A stretch of DNA of 64,000 nt, from assembly GCA_937867025.1 (NCBI GenBank), contig CALMKH010000049.1, positions 192 through 64,191 on the forward strand, given 5' to 3'. Positions 18,506 through 29,162 of the stretch are shown here, one piece after another. Position numbers and translations under genes: made by a program. Position 1 is the stretch's first letter, and every line of letters starts with the position of its first letter. The DNA comes from an uncultured Bacteroidota bacterium (GTDB taxonomy: Bacteria > Bacteroidota > Bacteroidia > NS11-12g > UBA955). The notes below the pieces were generated by a model. It was not told the origin of the DNA and did not search any database. It saw only the letters and a list, made by a program, of their open reading frames with translations.

Positions 18506-19843
18506 ATGATGAAAGAAAAAATAGCCATCATCGGCGGAGGCTTATGCGGTTCACTCCTGGCAATCTGCCTTGCAAAAAGAGGGTTCAGTATTGACCTGTA
18601 CGAACGCCGGGGCGATATCCGGAAAGGCCAGGCTGAAGCAGGCCGTTCCATTAACCTGGCACTTTCAACCCGTGGAATTGAGGCGCTCAACAAGGTAGGG
18701 CTTGCGGAAAAAATGCTCGGTGAAGCTATTCCGATGAATGGCCGTCAAATGCACAATATACTTGGGGAGCTCACTTATCAGCCTTACGGGAAACACGGAC
18801 AGTATATCAACTCTGTCTCGCGGTCCGATCTGAACATAAAACTCCTTGAACTTGCCGATTCGTACGATAATGTCACTCTTTACTTCAATCACCGCTGCGT
18901 CGATGCAGATCTTGACAACAATGTTGCGATCGTGGAAAATGACAAGCATCAACGGATCGAGGTAAAGGCAGACATTATGTTTGGTACGGATGGGGCCTTT
19001 TCGGCCGTCAGGACCGAAATGCAGAAAACCCTGAGGTTTAATTATTCCCAGACCTATGAAAATTACGGATATAAGGAACTCGAGATAGTTGCGGGGCCGA
19101 ACGGGGAATTTCAGATCGAAAAGAATGTCCTGCATATTTGGCCAAGGGGTGAGTTTATGATGATTGCCTTACCAAATCCCGGCGGCAACTTCACCTGCAC
19201 CCTGTTCCTTGCGCATGAAGGAGAGAACAGTTTTGAAAAACTGACAACGGAAGAAGAAGTGACTGCATTCTTTAATCTCAATTTTCCGGATGCCGTACCA
19301 TTAATGCCTAACCTGCTGCACGACTTCTTTTCGAACCCGACCGGTAACCTTGTGACCATACGTTGCAATCCGTGGGTTTATAAGAATTTTGTCCTGATGG
19401 GTGATGCCGCGCATGCTGTCATACCATTTTACGGGCAAGGGATGAACTGCAGCTTTGAAGATGTAAAGGAATTCGACGAAATCCTCGGAGCACATTACCC
19501 TGACTGGCAGGCCGTCTTTGAAAAATACCAGGAAGCGAGGATCATTAATGCCAATGCCATAGCAGATCTTGCCTGCAAAAACTTCGTTGAAATGCGCGAC
19601 CTGGTCGGCCGAAAGGATTTCATGCATTTCAAGCATGTTGAGCACGATCTGTCCGAGTTATACCCCGAATTGTTCAAGAGCCAGTACTCCCTCGTAACTT
19701 TTTCCACCAAGCCATACTCATACGCTCTTGGACAGGGATTCAGAAATGAGGCATTGATCAACTACATCATAGAGCATAAGCTTGAGACTGAACTTACAGA
19801 CCGCAATGTGATGCTACCCCTGTTCAAGGATTTCCTGGGCTAG
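18506..19843 (+). CDS. kmo: Kynurenine 3-monooxygenase (FAD-dependent)
   Basis: GGGLCGSL FAD motif, RSINLALSTRG signature and DAAHAVIPFYGQGMN. Confidence 0.85.
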   Translation: MMKEKIAIIGGGLCGSLLAICLAKRGFSIDLYERRGDIRKGQAEAGRSINLALSTRGIEALNKVGLAEKMLGEAIPMNGRQMHNILGELTYQPYGKHGQYINSVSRSDLNIKLLELADSYDNVTLYFNHRCVDADLDNNVAIVENDKHQRIEVKADIMFGTDGAFSAVRTEMQKTLRFNYSQTYENYGYKELEIVAGPNGEFQIEKNVLHIWPRGEFMMIALPNPGGNFTCTLFLAHEGENSFEKLTTEEEVTAFFNLNFPDAVPLMPNLLHDFFSNPTGNLVTIRCNPWVYKNFVLMGDAAHAVIPFYGQGMNCSFEDVKEFDEILGAHYPDWQAVFEKYQEARIINANAIADLACKNFVEMRDLVGRKDFMHFKHVEHDLSELYPELFKSQYSLVTFSTKPYSYALGQGFRNEALINYIIEHKLETELTDRNVMLPLFKDFLG

Positions 19844-19845
19844 GA

Positions 19846-20445
19846 TCATACCAATTTGCGGAATATGTCATTTACTCTTATTTTGAGGCCCGGGAATAAC
19901 GTGGATCTGATAAGCTGGCCTTCAACATAGGGTTTTATTCCAACGTATTTCCTGTCCTGTAAGGCGAATGTCAGGACCATGCGCTTATCGGGGTCTATCA
20001 TCCAGTATTCCTTAATGGCAGCTTCTTCGTAAATTTCATATTTTATGACGGTGTCATGCGCCGTATTACCGGGAGAAATAATTTCTACTACAAGATCAGG
20101 TGAACCGTTGCAGCCAAGCTTGTCTAGCTTTGAGCCATCGCATATGATGGAAATATCAGGCTGCACTACCGTATAGTTTTTTCCCGGCTTGACTATCGGC
20201 AACCTGACATCAAAAGGCGCCAGGAAAACATTGCAGGGCTTCTCACGGAAAAAATTCAGAAAATGCATGCCCAGGTTGGAAAGTATGGCCTGGTGATTCG
20301 TACTGGGAGCAGGAGCCATTTTAAACACCTTGCCCCTGATCAGCTCTACACGTTCCTTAAACTGCCAGCGCAGATAATCCACATAGGAATATGTGCGGTT
20401 CAGGTCAAGGCTTCCATAATCACTCACAGGCTCTTCCACTTTCAT
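19846..20445 (-). CDS. Uma2 family (DUF820) endonuclease
   Basis: 199 aa with the PD-(D/E)xK-like Uma2 pattern (PDLVVEIISP...EY). Confidence 0.75.
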   Translation of the reverse strand: MKVEEPVSDYGSLDLNRTYSYVDYLRWQFKERVELIRGKVFKMAPAPSTNHQAILSNLGMHFLNFFREKPCNVFLAPFDVRLPIVKPGKNYTVVQPDISIICDGSKLDKLGCNGSPDLVVEIISPGNTAHDTVIKYEIYEEAAIKEYWMIDPDKRMVLTFALQDRKYVGIKPYVEGQLIRSTLFPGLKIRVNDIFRKLV

Positions 20446-20515
20446 ACTTCAAAGCTAGAATTTTCTTTCGGCTTTAAAAAGTTTTTTACTCCAAACTATA
20501 GCAAAATACGCCTTT

Positions 20516-21751
20516 TCACGTATTCTGAGTGAATTCAAAAAACAAATCCCAATATCCGGGAAAAGATTTCCTGACAACCTCTTCATCGTCAATAACGGTA
20601 TCTTTTGAAAATGCAAAAATGCTGCAAGCCATGGCAATACGATGGTCACCGAAGGATTTGAAACGGTATTGGCGTATATCCGGAACAACGCCGTATTCCA
20701 GGAGTACCTTATCATCACCTTCATGCTGCAAATGCACAGCCACCTGTTCGAGATTCACCTGCATGGCATTCACTCTGTCACTTTCCTTTAACCGCAGGTT
20801 TTTTATCCCGGTAAAACCGGCGGGTATCCTCAGTGCGGCACATACCGCACAAAGTGCAGGAAACATGTCAGGAATATGGGTTACATCTACTTCAAACTCT
20901 TTCACTGCATCACCTGTTTTCGATAACCTTATGCCTCTGCCCTCAATCGATGAGGACACCCCGAAACTCTCAAATATCTTGGCTGTCAGTGCATCGCCCT
21001 GTAGTGATCGCATATCGAGATTATCAATCAACAGATTCACTTCATCAGAAACTGCCGCCATGGCATAAATAAATGTCGCAGCGCTCCAGTCAGACTCGAT
21101 TTCCGGACTATCTGCAAGCACATACGGCCCCGGCTGAACACTATATGTGCCGTTGCCTTCCCGGACCTCAACACCTGCCTTTCTCATGGCATCCATTGTC
21201 AGATCAATATAAGGTTCTGAGCTTATTCTACCTGAGGATATTATAGTCAATCCTCTGTCAAAAGCAGGCGCGATCAGCAGTAAGGCGCTTAAGAACTGGC
21301 TGCTCATGCCTGCATCGATAACCACTTCATTCCTGCTGATATCAATTCCTTTTTTAATCACCAGCGGAAGACTATACGGTTCCTGCAAATATCCGAACTC
21401 AGCACCCAACTGTTCCAACGCTTTCAGCAAGGGTGCCAAAGGCCTTTTCCTCAACCCCGGAAACCCGTCTATGCTTACGCGCAGATCTTTCAGGCAGGCA
21501 TAGGCCAGGTAAAGACGTAACGGCGTACCCGCATCTTCAAAGTTCCTCTCATCATTTTCCGCTTCCAGCGCCTGCTGCAGAATCATGGTATCATGACTGG
21601 CGGACAAATTTTTGATCTGCGTATCTGATCCCTCAATGGCTCTGATAATCAGGTAACGGTTCGATAAACTTTTGGAAGCTGGCAGAACAATATTGCCTTG
21701 CAGTCTTTTATGAGTGACCATCGGGATTTCAAGCATAATTCGGGAAGGCAC
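20516..21751 (-). CDS. aroA: 3-phosphoshikimate 1-carboxyvinyltransferase (EPSP synthase)
   Basis: LPASKSLSNRYLIIRA and the overall EPSPS fold. The start may instead be the internal MVTHKRL. Confidence 0.85.
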   Translation of the reverse strand: MPSRIMLEIPMVTHKRLQGNIVLPASKSLSNRYLIIRAIEGSDTQIKNLSASHDTMILQQALEAENDERNFEDAGTPLRLYLAYACLKDLRVSIDGFPGLRKRPLAPLLKALEQLGAEFGYLQEPYSLPLVIKKGIDISRNEVVIDAGMSSQFLSALLLIAPAFDRGLTIISSGRISSEPYIDLTMDAMRKAGVEVREGNGTYSVQPGPYVLADSPEIESDWSAATFIYAMAAVSDEVNLLIDNLDMRSLQGDALTAKIFESFGVSSSIEGRGIRLSKTGDAVKEFEVDVTHIPDMFPALCAVCAALRIPAGFTGIKNLRLKESDRVNAMQVNLEQVAVHLQHEGDDKVLLEYGVVPDIRQYRFKSFGDHRIAMACSIFAFSKDTVIDDEEVVRKSFPGYWDLFFEFTQNT

Positions 21752-21813
21752 AGCCTTGCTGCAATATTAATTTTTTTTTTACAGAGTCCGTAAATACATT
21801 AATTTCGCGAGCG

Positions 21814-22815
21814 GTGAGCAAAGGAAAAATTGGAATTATCGGTAATGGTAGCTGGGCAACCGCCCTTGTCAAGATATTGTGCGACAATGAAATCGACAAA
21901 TCCCTGCTGTGGTGGCTTCGCAAACCTGATGATGTGCAGTTCATGAACACCTACAGGCATAATCCGCGTTACCTGACCGACGTGGAAATTGACCTGGAAA
22001 AAATAAAGCTGACCGACGATCTGGAGGCAACTATCCGCGAAAGCGACATACTGCTCATTGCCGTACCCTCAGCTTTTGTGCACGATGTCCTTAAAAACCT
22101 GGATGCGGCCATTTTTAAAGGGAAGAGCCTTATTTCCGCAGTCAAGGGAGTGAACCCCGAAACCCACCAGATCATCAGTCATTATTTTGAAATGGTTTGG
22201 CATGTGCCTCCTTCCATGATATCGGCCATAAGCGGTCCGTGTCATGCCGAAGAAGTGGCCATGGAAAAACTGAGTTACCTCACCGTTGCATCCATTGATG
22301 AAACATTTGCCGACGCCATAGCTTCCATGCTTGATTGCAGGTATATTTTTGCAAAGACCACGACCGATATTTACGGCATAGAATACGCGGCGGTGCTGAA
22401 AAATGTCTATGCCATTGCCTGCGGTATCTGCCATGGGCTGGGATACGGAGATAACTTCCAGTCGGTGCTGGTTTCCGCGGCATCAAGAGAAACGGAACGC
22501 TTCCTTGAAGAAAGTCACCAGACACACAGGGATGTGAAGGAAAATGCATATTTAGGCGACCTGCTTGTAACGGCATATTCGCAGTTCAGCCGTAACAGGA
22601 CCTTCGGCAATATGCTGGGCAAGGGTTACACGGTTAAAAGCGCCCAGATGGAAATGAACATGATCGCTGAAGGGTTTTATGCGACAAAAACCATGAAGGA
22701 GGTAAACGAGGATGTGAAAGCGGATACCCCTATCCTGGATGCTGTATATGATATCATCTATAACCACAGGCCTGCCAAACGGGTAATGCAGGAACTGACA
22801 AAAAAAATCATTTAA
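21814..22815 (+). CDS. gpsA: NAD(P)H-dependent glycerol-3-phosphate dehydrogenase
   Basis: GIIGNGSWATALVKIL Rossmann N-terminus. GTG start. Confidence 0.85.
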   Translation: MSKGKIGIIGNGSWATALVKILCDNEIDKSLLWWLRKPDDVQFMNTYRHNPRYLTDVEIDLEKIKLTDDLEATIRESDILLIAVPSAFVHDVLKNLDAAIFKGKSLISAVKGVNPETHQIISHYFEMVWHVPPSMISAISGPCHAEEVAMEKLSYLTVASIDETFADAIASMLDCRYIFAKTTTDIYGIEYAAVLKNVYAIACGICHGLGYGDNFQSVLVSAASRETERFLEESHQTHRDVKENAYLGDLLVTAYSQFSRNRTFGNMLGKGYTVKSAQMEMNMIAEGFYATKTMKEVNEDVKADTPILDAVYDIIYNHRPAKRVMQELTKKII

Positions 22816-22845
22816 CCTACTAACACACCTTCTGAATACACATCC

Positions 22846-24513
22846 ATGCTTGACAACCGGGACATATCAGAAATACTCTCACATTACGCAAAACTGTATG
22901 AACTGCACGATGGCAATCCGTTTAAGGTAAAAGCTACATCCGCAGCTGCATTCAATATTAAAAAACTTGGGGAACGCCTCGCCGATATGAGCCTTGAGCA
23001 GCTTATGCAGGTGCCGCAATTGGGAAAAAGCCTGGCCCCGAAAGTTTATGATATCATACAAACGGGCACTTTTGCCGACCTTGACAAACTTCTTGAAATC
23101 ACTCCGAAAGGCGTGCAGGACATTCTTCGTATCAAAGGCCTGGGCCCCAAAAAGGTAGAACTTTTATGGAAAACTGCCGGGATTACATCTATCCCCGAAC
23201 TTCTTGACGCCTGCCGCGAAAACCGCCTGGTTGAAGCGAAAGGTTTTGGTTACAAGACACAGGCACAGATATTGAGCGATATTGAATTTAAATTCAGCAG
23301 TGAGGGTAAATTTCACTGGGCCAGGGTGCAACCGGTTGCCGTGTTGCTGGAAAAGCTTCTAAAAGAATCTTCTGATGTCGGACAATATGAGTTTGCCGGG
23401 GATTACAGGCGTTTAAACGAGATCGTGGAAAGCCTTGACGTACTCGTGGTAAGCGATAATCTCCAGGCCGTTTGTGATGAACTGTCCGCCTCAGGATTCG
23501 AATTGCTCGATTGCGACGACTCAAAGTATATTTTGAAGTACGCCGAAGTCATGACAGTCAACCTGTACAGTTCGTCTTACGGGCGCTGGGGCAATGACTT
23601 ACTGGAAAAAACAGCCGCCCCGGAACATCTGGCGCTTATCAATTATCCAAGCCTTGGGGGAGACTTCGAGGACGAGGAAAGTATTTACAAATCGCTGAAC
23701 CTTCCCTACGTGTTACCCGAACTCAGGGAAGGATTAAATGAACTCGACCGGCTGGACAAACAGGATAAGCTTATCACGTTTAAGGATCTTAAAGGGGTTC
23801 TGCATAACCACAGCACCTATAGCGACGGGCTGCACACTCTGGAAGAAATGGCCAGGCACTCGAAAGACATGGGACTGGAATATCTCGGCATATGCGACCA
23901 TTCCCAGACTGCATTTTATGCCAACGGTTTGAAGCCTGAGAGAGTGATTGAACAAATGAAGGAAATAGATGCGCTTAATGCAAAAATGACTCCTTTCAGA
24001 ATCTTCAAGGGTATAGAGAGTGACATATTGAATGACGGCAGTCTCGATTATGCTCCCGATATGCTTGGCATGTTTGATTTTATTGTGGCAAGCATCCACA
24101 GCAACCTGGGTATGGATATGGAAAAAGCGAACACAAGGCTGAAGACAGCCATAGAAAATCCTTTTACCTGCATACTGGGTCATCCGACCGGAAGGCAACT
24201 GCTGATGCGTTCGGGTTACCCCATCGATCACAGGTATATTATTGATGCATGTATCGCCAACGGCGTTGCCATAGAACTGAATTCACACCCTTACAGGCTC
24301 GACCTGGACTGGCGTTGGATAGATTACGCACTGGAAAAGGGAGGTTGGATCAGCATAAATCCCGATGCCCACCAGAAAGACGCATTGGCGGACATGAAAT
24401 ACGGAGTAAATGTAGCCCGGAAAGGCTTCCTTACCCCTTCACAGTGCCTCAATGCCAAAACCCGGGATGAATTCAGCGCCTGGCTTGAAGCAAAAAGACG
24501 TTCAAGAGTATGA
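22846..24513 (+). CDS. polX: DNA polymerase/3'-5' exonuclease PolX (pol X core plus a PHP domain)
   Basis: N-terminal HhH motifs (LGKSLAPKV, IKGLGPKKV) and C-terminal PHP histidines (HNHSTYSDG...CDHS). Confidence 0.8.
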   Translation: MLDNRDISEILSHYAKLYELHDGNPFKVKATSAAAFNIKKLGERLADMSLEQLMQVPQLGKSLAPKVYDIIQTGTFADLDKLLEITPKGVQDILRIKGLGPKKVELLWKTAGITSIPELLDACRENRLVEAKGFGYKTQAQILSDIEFKFSSEGKFHWARVQPVAVLLEKLLKESSDVGQYEFAGDYRRLNEIVESLDVLVVSDNLQAVCDELSASGFELLDCDDSKYILKYAEVMTVNLYSSSYGRWGNDLLEKTAAPEHLALINYPSLGGDFEDEESIYKSLNLPYVLPELREGLNELDRLDKQDKLITFKDLKGVLHNHSTYSDGLHTLEEMARHSKDMGLEYLGICDHSQTAFYANGLKPERVIEQMKEIDALNAKMTPFRIFKGIESDILNDGSLDYAPDMLGMFDFIVASIHSNLGMDMEKANTRLKTAIENPFTCILGHPTGRQLLMRSGYPIDHRYIIDACIANGVAIELNSHPYRLDLDWRWIDYALEKGGWISINPDAHQKDALADMKYGVNVARKGFLTPSQCLNAKTRDEFSAWLEAKRRSRV

Positions 24514-25454
24514 AAATACTGATATTGCGTTTCAGTTCCATCGGCGACATCGTCCTCACCAGCCCGGTCATGCGCTGCATCAAAACACGCTTCCCTCATT
24601 ATACCGTTCATTTTGCCACAAAGAAACAGTTCGCATCCCTCCTGAAGTATAATCCTTATGTGGACAAACTCCATTTGCTGGAAGGAAGCCTGAGCGACTT
24701 TTGCAAAGAGCTGAAAGATGAGAAATTCGACGTGATACTCGACCTTCATCACAACCTTAGAACCCTCTCCATCTGGAGCAGCTTAAGAATCAGGCGCCAT
24801 TCGGTGGATAAGCTCAACTGGGAAAAATGGCTGATGGTGCGATTCAAGATCAATATCCTTCCATACGTACACATTGTCGACAGGTACATGGAAACAGCCA
24901 GGCACCTGGGCGTGGACAATGACGGAAAAGGGCTTGACTTCTTTATAGACCCCAACGAAACAATCAGTCATCTTTCCATTCCTGAAAGGTACAGCGTTTA
25001 TGCCATCGGGGGACAGCACAACACCAAAAAACTGCCGTTTGAAAAGCAGGTGGAACTGCTGTCTAAAATTCCCATGCCGGTTATGCTGATCGGAGGAAAA
25101 GAAGATGCAGGGCAAGGCGAGAAACTCTCAGCCGTTTCGGCAAATGTCTTGAATTTTTGCGGGAAACTCAGCATACATCAAAGCGCGCTGCTCATGCAAG
25201 GTGCTGAAAGGATATACTCTCATGACACAGGCATGATGCACATTGCGGCGGCTTTAAAAAAACCTGTTGTTTCCATCTGGGGCAATACCATTCCCGAATT
25301 CGGAATGACTCCGTATTATCCGTCTGATTTTCCAAAAAAATCAGGGGTAATAAAAGAAGTTGTGGGTCTTGATTGCAGGCCCTGCAGCAAGATAGGCTTT
25401 GAAAAATGCCCACTGGGACATTTCAACTGCATGATGCAGCAGGAGTTTGACTGA
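24510..25454 (+). CDS. Glycosyltransferase family 9 (heptosyltransferase-like)
   Basis: MKILILRFSSIGDIVLTSPV N-terminus and the GT9 C-terminal HDTGMMHIAAAL motif. Confidence 0.8.
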   Translation: MKILILRFSSIGDIVLTSPVMRCIKTRFPHYTVHFATKKQFASLLKYNPYVDKLHLLEGSLSDFCKELKDEKFDVILDLHHNLRTLSIWSSLRIRRHSVDKLNWEKWLMVRFKINILPYVHIVDRYMETARHLGVDNDGKGLDFFIDPNETISHLSIPERYSVYAIGGQHNTKKLPFEKQVELLSKIPMPVMLIGGKEDAGQGEKLSAVSANVLNFCGKLSIHQSALLMQGAERIYSHDTGMMHIAAALKKPVVSIWGNTIPEFGMTPYYPSDFPKKSGVIKEVVGLDCRPCSKIGFEKCPLGHFNCMMQQEFD

Positions 25455-25507
25455 CATGCAGGGCATCCTGCAGGAATTCATTTTAGTAACAGAAAACTTC
25501 AGTGAAA

Positions 25508-27541
25508 TCAATACAGCACATGACATGCGGTTGAGTATGATCTCTGAACAGGGCGTTTATTGATGAAGCCTTGCGCTTCTGCTTTAAGCATATATACTCC
25601 TGGCGGAACAGTTCTGCCTTTATATTGTCCGTCCCAGGAAGGCTCACCCTCATATACCAGTTCGCCCCAGACATTGAATACCCGGATGGATATTGCCGTA
25701 TGATTGCCGGCTGTTACGTTAAGTACATCATTTACTCCGTCGCCATTGGGACTGAATGCATTCGGCAGAAAGACCCTAAGATCGCAACGGGATTCAACAA
25801 TGGTTCTGTCATTCCCTTTACAACCGCGGTAATCCTTCACTACCACATAATAATTCCCTTTCCGGTCAACCTCTATCCAATGGGTCGTATCGTTTGTGGG
25901 ATACCACAGATACGTCTTATGTCCTTTGCCTGCGTCGAGCTTCACAAGTTCTTTTTCCTCCTCGCAGATGTAATAATTGTCGCCGAGCAGCAATTCAAGG
26001 GTGGGATAAAATCCTATCCGGATTGAATCGTAAGTTTTGCATCCAAGCCTGTTCACTTCCCTGATGTATATTCCGGCGGTCCTGACATAAATGGCCGCTG
26101 TACTCTCGCCGGTATTCCATGTATAAAGCGCGTTGGGAACCGTGTACCCTACCCTTAATGAATCGCCTGCACATAATGTACTGTCGTTTCCAAGCGGGAA
26201 ACGCCTGGTATCACTAACGTTCACCGCAAAATAAAACGTATCCCGGCTGTTACAGGAATAGATTACCGCAAAAGGTTCATAATAACCAGGCTGGTACAGA
26301 TGATTCGTTGTAAAATCAGCACTGCTCAATCCCTTCTTCAGTGTGTCATTATAGAACCAGCGCATACTGTCAATGGCAGAACTGTCGCCTTCAAACCTGA
26401 AGTTGACTGCCCGGACATTACAGATAACTTCATCCACTTCCAGCGTGAATCCTTTATTTTCCCTGCAGGTGCCGGTATGATTGATAACCAGGTTCGGCAC
26501 TTCAAAATAGGCTATGCCTGCAAGGCGCAGGTAATTCTCACGGTAATTGCAGCCTGCACCCTTGATATCCGGATTCAGAACCACGTCAATCTTGTTTGAC
26601 GGAATACTGTTAATATGCGTGGTAATATATAATTTACCGTCAGGCCCGCAGGCGATCTGGTTAAAGTTCTCAGGACTTGTTGCGATCAGGGTAAAATCGT
26701 TCACATTGTTTGCATCATATTGCACAAGCTGGCTTTCGGCATACCCGAATGTAACATAAATCAGCTTGTCATCCGGTGAAAATGCGATACCGTGTGTTCT
26801 GTCCCAACCCTCTTTAACAGGCAGCAATTCCCTGCCCGAACCCACCTTTCCACAAAGCTTGTCAAAACTAAATATCTGGGGTTCGAGAAAATCATCCTGA
26901 ATTTCCGCGTAGGTTGTAAGAGCCAGCTTTTCCCCATTGTTTGATGACACAAAATCACCCATATAGGTTGTCGTTGTAACAAAATGATTGGCAGAAACCA
27001 CGGGTTGGTCTATCGTGCCGTCTGGATGAACGAGGTAGGCGCAGAAAAAATACCCATCGAGGGTTATTAGCCAATATGATTCGCCAATGCAATGTCTGAC
27101 AGCTGTCATCCGGTTAATGCTTGACCTGAGAGGGAAAGCCTGTTTCCGGATCAACTTTCCCCTGCCACCATTGGCCTCCATATCAATGATGTAATAGGTG
27201 CTGAAATTAAAAACGATAAAACGGTTTTTGAACTTTTTCAGTGGAATAATGACCATGTCCCTGGCCCCGCTTGTTACCAGCGGCGAATCGATAAGCTCAC
27301 CATGACGGTTCCAGAAACCGGTGCCATTTGTATAGAACAACAGCTCACCGGTAAGTTCATCGCTTACGGAGGCTCCATTGCCATAAAAATTCATCTTGCT
27401 GTCAGTTTTGACAGTCGGGGGATCCGTACTAAAGTCAAGAGCGGCTTTTTGCCCGAAATACCAGTTATTGTTGTATCTGGGCTGGGCTTCAGCTTGCAGG
27501 ACTGAAAAAAGCAGGCAATATGTCAAGAGCCGGAGATACAT
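25508..27541 (-). CDS. Secreted protein with a T9SS type-B C-terminal sorting domain (gliding-motility-associated CTD)
   Basis: Signal peptide, then the C-terminal PNAFSPNGDGVNDVL motif of TIGR04131-type CTDs. Confidence 0.8.
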   Translation of the reverse strand: MYLRLLTYCLLFSVLQAEAQPRYNNNWYFGQKAALDFSTDPPTVKTDSKMNFYGNGASVSDELTGELLFYTNGTGFWNRHGELIDSPLVTSGARDMVIIPLKKFKNRFIVFNFSTYYIIDMEANGGRGKLIRKQAFPLRSSINRMTAVRHCIGESYWLITLDGYFFCAYLVHPDGTIDQPVVSANHFVTTTTYMGDFVSSNNGEKLALTTYAEIQDDFLEPQIFSFDKLCGKVGSGRELLPVKEGWDRTHGIAFSPDDKLIYVTFGYAESQLVQYDANNVNDFTLIATSPENFNQIACGPDGKLYITTHINSIPSNKIDVVLNPDIKGAGCNYRENYLRLAGIAYFEVPNLVINHTGTCRENKGFTLEVDEVICNVRAVNFRFEGDSSAIDSMRWFYNDTLKKGLSSADFTTNHLYQPGYYEPFAVIYSCNSRDTFYFAVNVSDTRRFPLGNDSTLCAGDSLRVGYTVPNALYTWNTGESTAAIYVRTAGIYIREVNRLGCKTYDSIRIGFYPTLELLLGDNYYICEEEKELVKLDAGKGHKTYLWYPTNDTTHWIEVDRKGNYYVVVKDYRGCKGNDRTIVESRCDLRVFLPNAFSPNGDGVNDVLNVTAGNHTAISIRVFNVWGELVYEGEPSWDGQYKGRTVPPGVYMLKAEAQGFINKRPVQRSYSTACHVLY

Positions 27542-27598
27542 TCTTTTTATATCAGACGATTTTTTCGTGCCTGTTGTTGCATCCCCCAGTGAGAATTT

Positions 27599-29017
27599 TT
27601 ATCCCACGTCGGGGTTACCTATCATATTCTCAGGTCTTACCCACTCGTCAAACTGCTCATTGGTCAGCAGACCCAGATCAAGGGCTGCTTTGCGCAGGCT
27701 TGTGTTTTCCTTATGTGCCTTTTTGGCAATTTTGGCGGCATTTTCGTACCCTATGTGCGGATTCAGGGCCGTAACAAGCATCAGGGAATTTTCCAGCTTA
27801 TGCTTTATCTCCGGCAGGTTCGGCTCGATACCGGCAGCACAATTGATGTCAAAGCTCAGGGCGGCCTCCCCCAGCAACCTGGCCGACTGCAGAACATTGG
27901 CCGCTATCATCGGCTTGAATACGTTCAGTTCGAAATGACCATTGGACCCGCCAATCGTCACAGCCACGTCATTTCCCATGACCTGGGCACATACCATTGT
28001 CAGCGCCTCGCATTGGGTAGGGTTCACCTTTCCGGGCATGATGCTGCTTCCCGGTTCATTATCAGGAATGAATATCTCTCCAATGCCGCTGCGCGGACCA
28101 CTGCTCAGCATCCTGATATCATTGCCGATCTTCATCAGGCTGACGGCCACGCGTTTAAGGGCGCCGTGCAGCTCAACCATGGCATCATGCGCGGCAAGAG
28201 CTTCAAATTTATTTTCTGCAGTGACTATTGGCAGGCCTGAAAGCTCTGCAATAGTTTTTGCCACCAGTTCAGCATATCCTTTGGGGGTGTTGATACCGGT
28301 TCCGACTGCCGTTCCTCCCAACGCTATTTCAGAAGCTGATACCAGGCTGGAATTGATGCAATCAATACCTTTTCTCAACTGCTGCACATAACCCGAGAAT
28401 TCCTGGCCAAGCGTTATAGGTGTGGCGTCCATGAAATGTGTGCGGCCTATCTTGATAATATCCCTGAACTCCCTCGCTTTATGTTTTAAGGTTGTTTTTA
28501 GCGCCTGTATGCCGGGAATGGTATAGTCGACTACCTGCTTGTATGCAGCTATGCTCATGGCAGTCGGGAAGGTATCATTGCTGCTTTGGGATTTATTAAC
28601 ATCATCATTCGGATGAAGCACTTTATGCTCATCCGTCAGCTTACCTCCCTGCATGACATGCGCCCGGTTGGCAATTACCTCATTCACATTCATGTTGCTT
28701 TGCGTTCCACTGCCGGTTTGCCAGATCACCAGCGGAAACTGGTCATCGTGCATACCTTCAAGAATCTCGTCGCAGACAGAGCATATCAGGTCGCATTTGG
28801 TGAGCGAAAGGACGCCAAGTTTATTATTGGTTATGGCAGCTGCTTTTTTCAGGACGGCGAACGCCCTGATAATCTCGATCGGCATCTTCTGGTTGCCAAT
28901 CCTGAAATTCTGTAATGATCGCTGGGTCTGCGCTCCCCAATACACATCTGCAGGTACTTTCACCTCCCCCATGGTATCGTGTTCTATCCTGAATTCTGTT
29001 GCGGTGGTCTTGTTCAT
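27599..29017 (-). CDS. fumC: Class II fumarate hydratase
   Basis: [16 protein letters not shown] signature. Confidence 0.9.
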   Translation of the reverse strand: MNKTTATEFRIEHDTMGEVKVPADVYWGAQTQRSLQNFRIGNQKMPIEIIRAFAVLKKAAAITNNKLGVLSLTKCDLICSVCDEILEGMHDDQFPLVIWQTGSGTQSNMNVNEVIANRAHVMQGGKLTDEHKVLHPNDDVNKSQSSNDTFPTAMSIAAYKQVVDYTIPGIQALKTTLKHKAREFRDIIKIGRTHFMDATPITLGQEFSGYVQQLRKGIDCINSSLVSASEIALGGTAVGTGINTPKGYAELVAKTIAELSGLPIVTAENKFEALAAHDAMVELHGALKRVAVSLMKIGNDIRMLSSGPRSGIGEIFIPDNEPGSSIMPGKVNPTQCEALTMVCAQVMGNDVAVTIGGSNGHFELNVFKPMIAANVLQSARLLGEAALSFDINCAAGIEPNLPEIKHKLENSLMLVTALNPHIGYENAAKIAKKAHKENTSLRKAALDLGLLTNEQFDEWVRPENMIGNPDVG

Positions 29018-29162
29018 GATTTAATTGAAATTGGACGGCAAATTTAACCATTATGGCTAAAATACGCTAAAAAAAGAGAAAAAACCTTGAGGGGAACATA
29101 CATTCTTCCTGTCAAACAAATTTTATACAATCTCTTTTTTTCCGTATGTTTGCCTTTCACAT

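Noticed and set aside
25455-25507. Hairpin TGCAGG-GCAT-CCTGCA between the GT9 and T9SS-cargo genes as a bidirectional terminator
   Set aside because: It has only a 6-bp stem with no adequate U-run on either strand. It is too weak to call.
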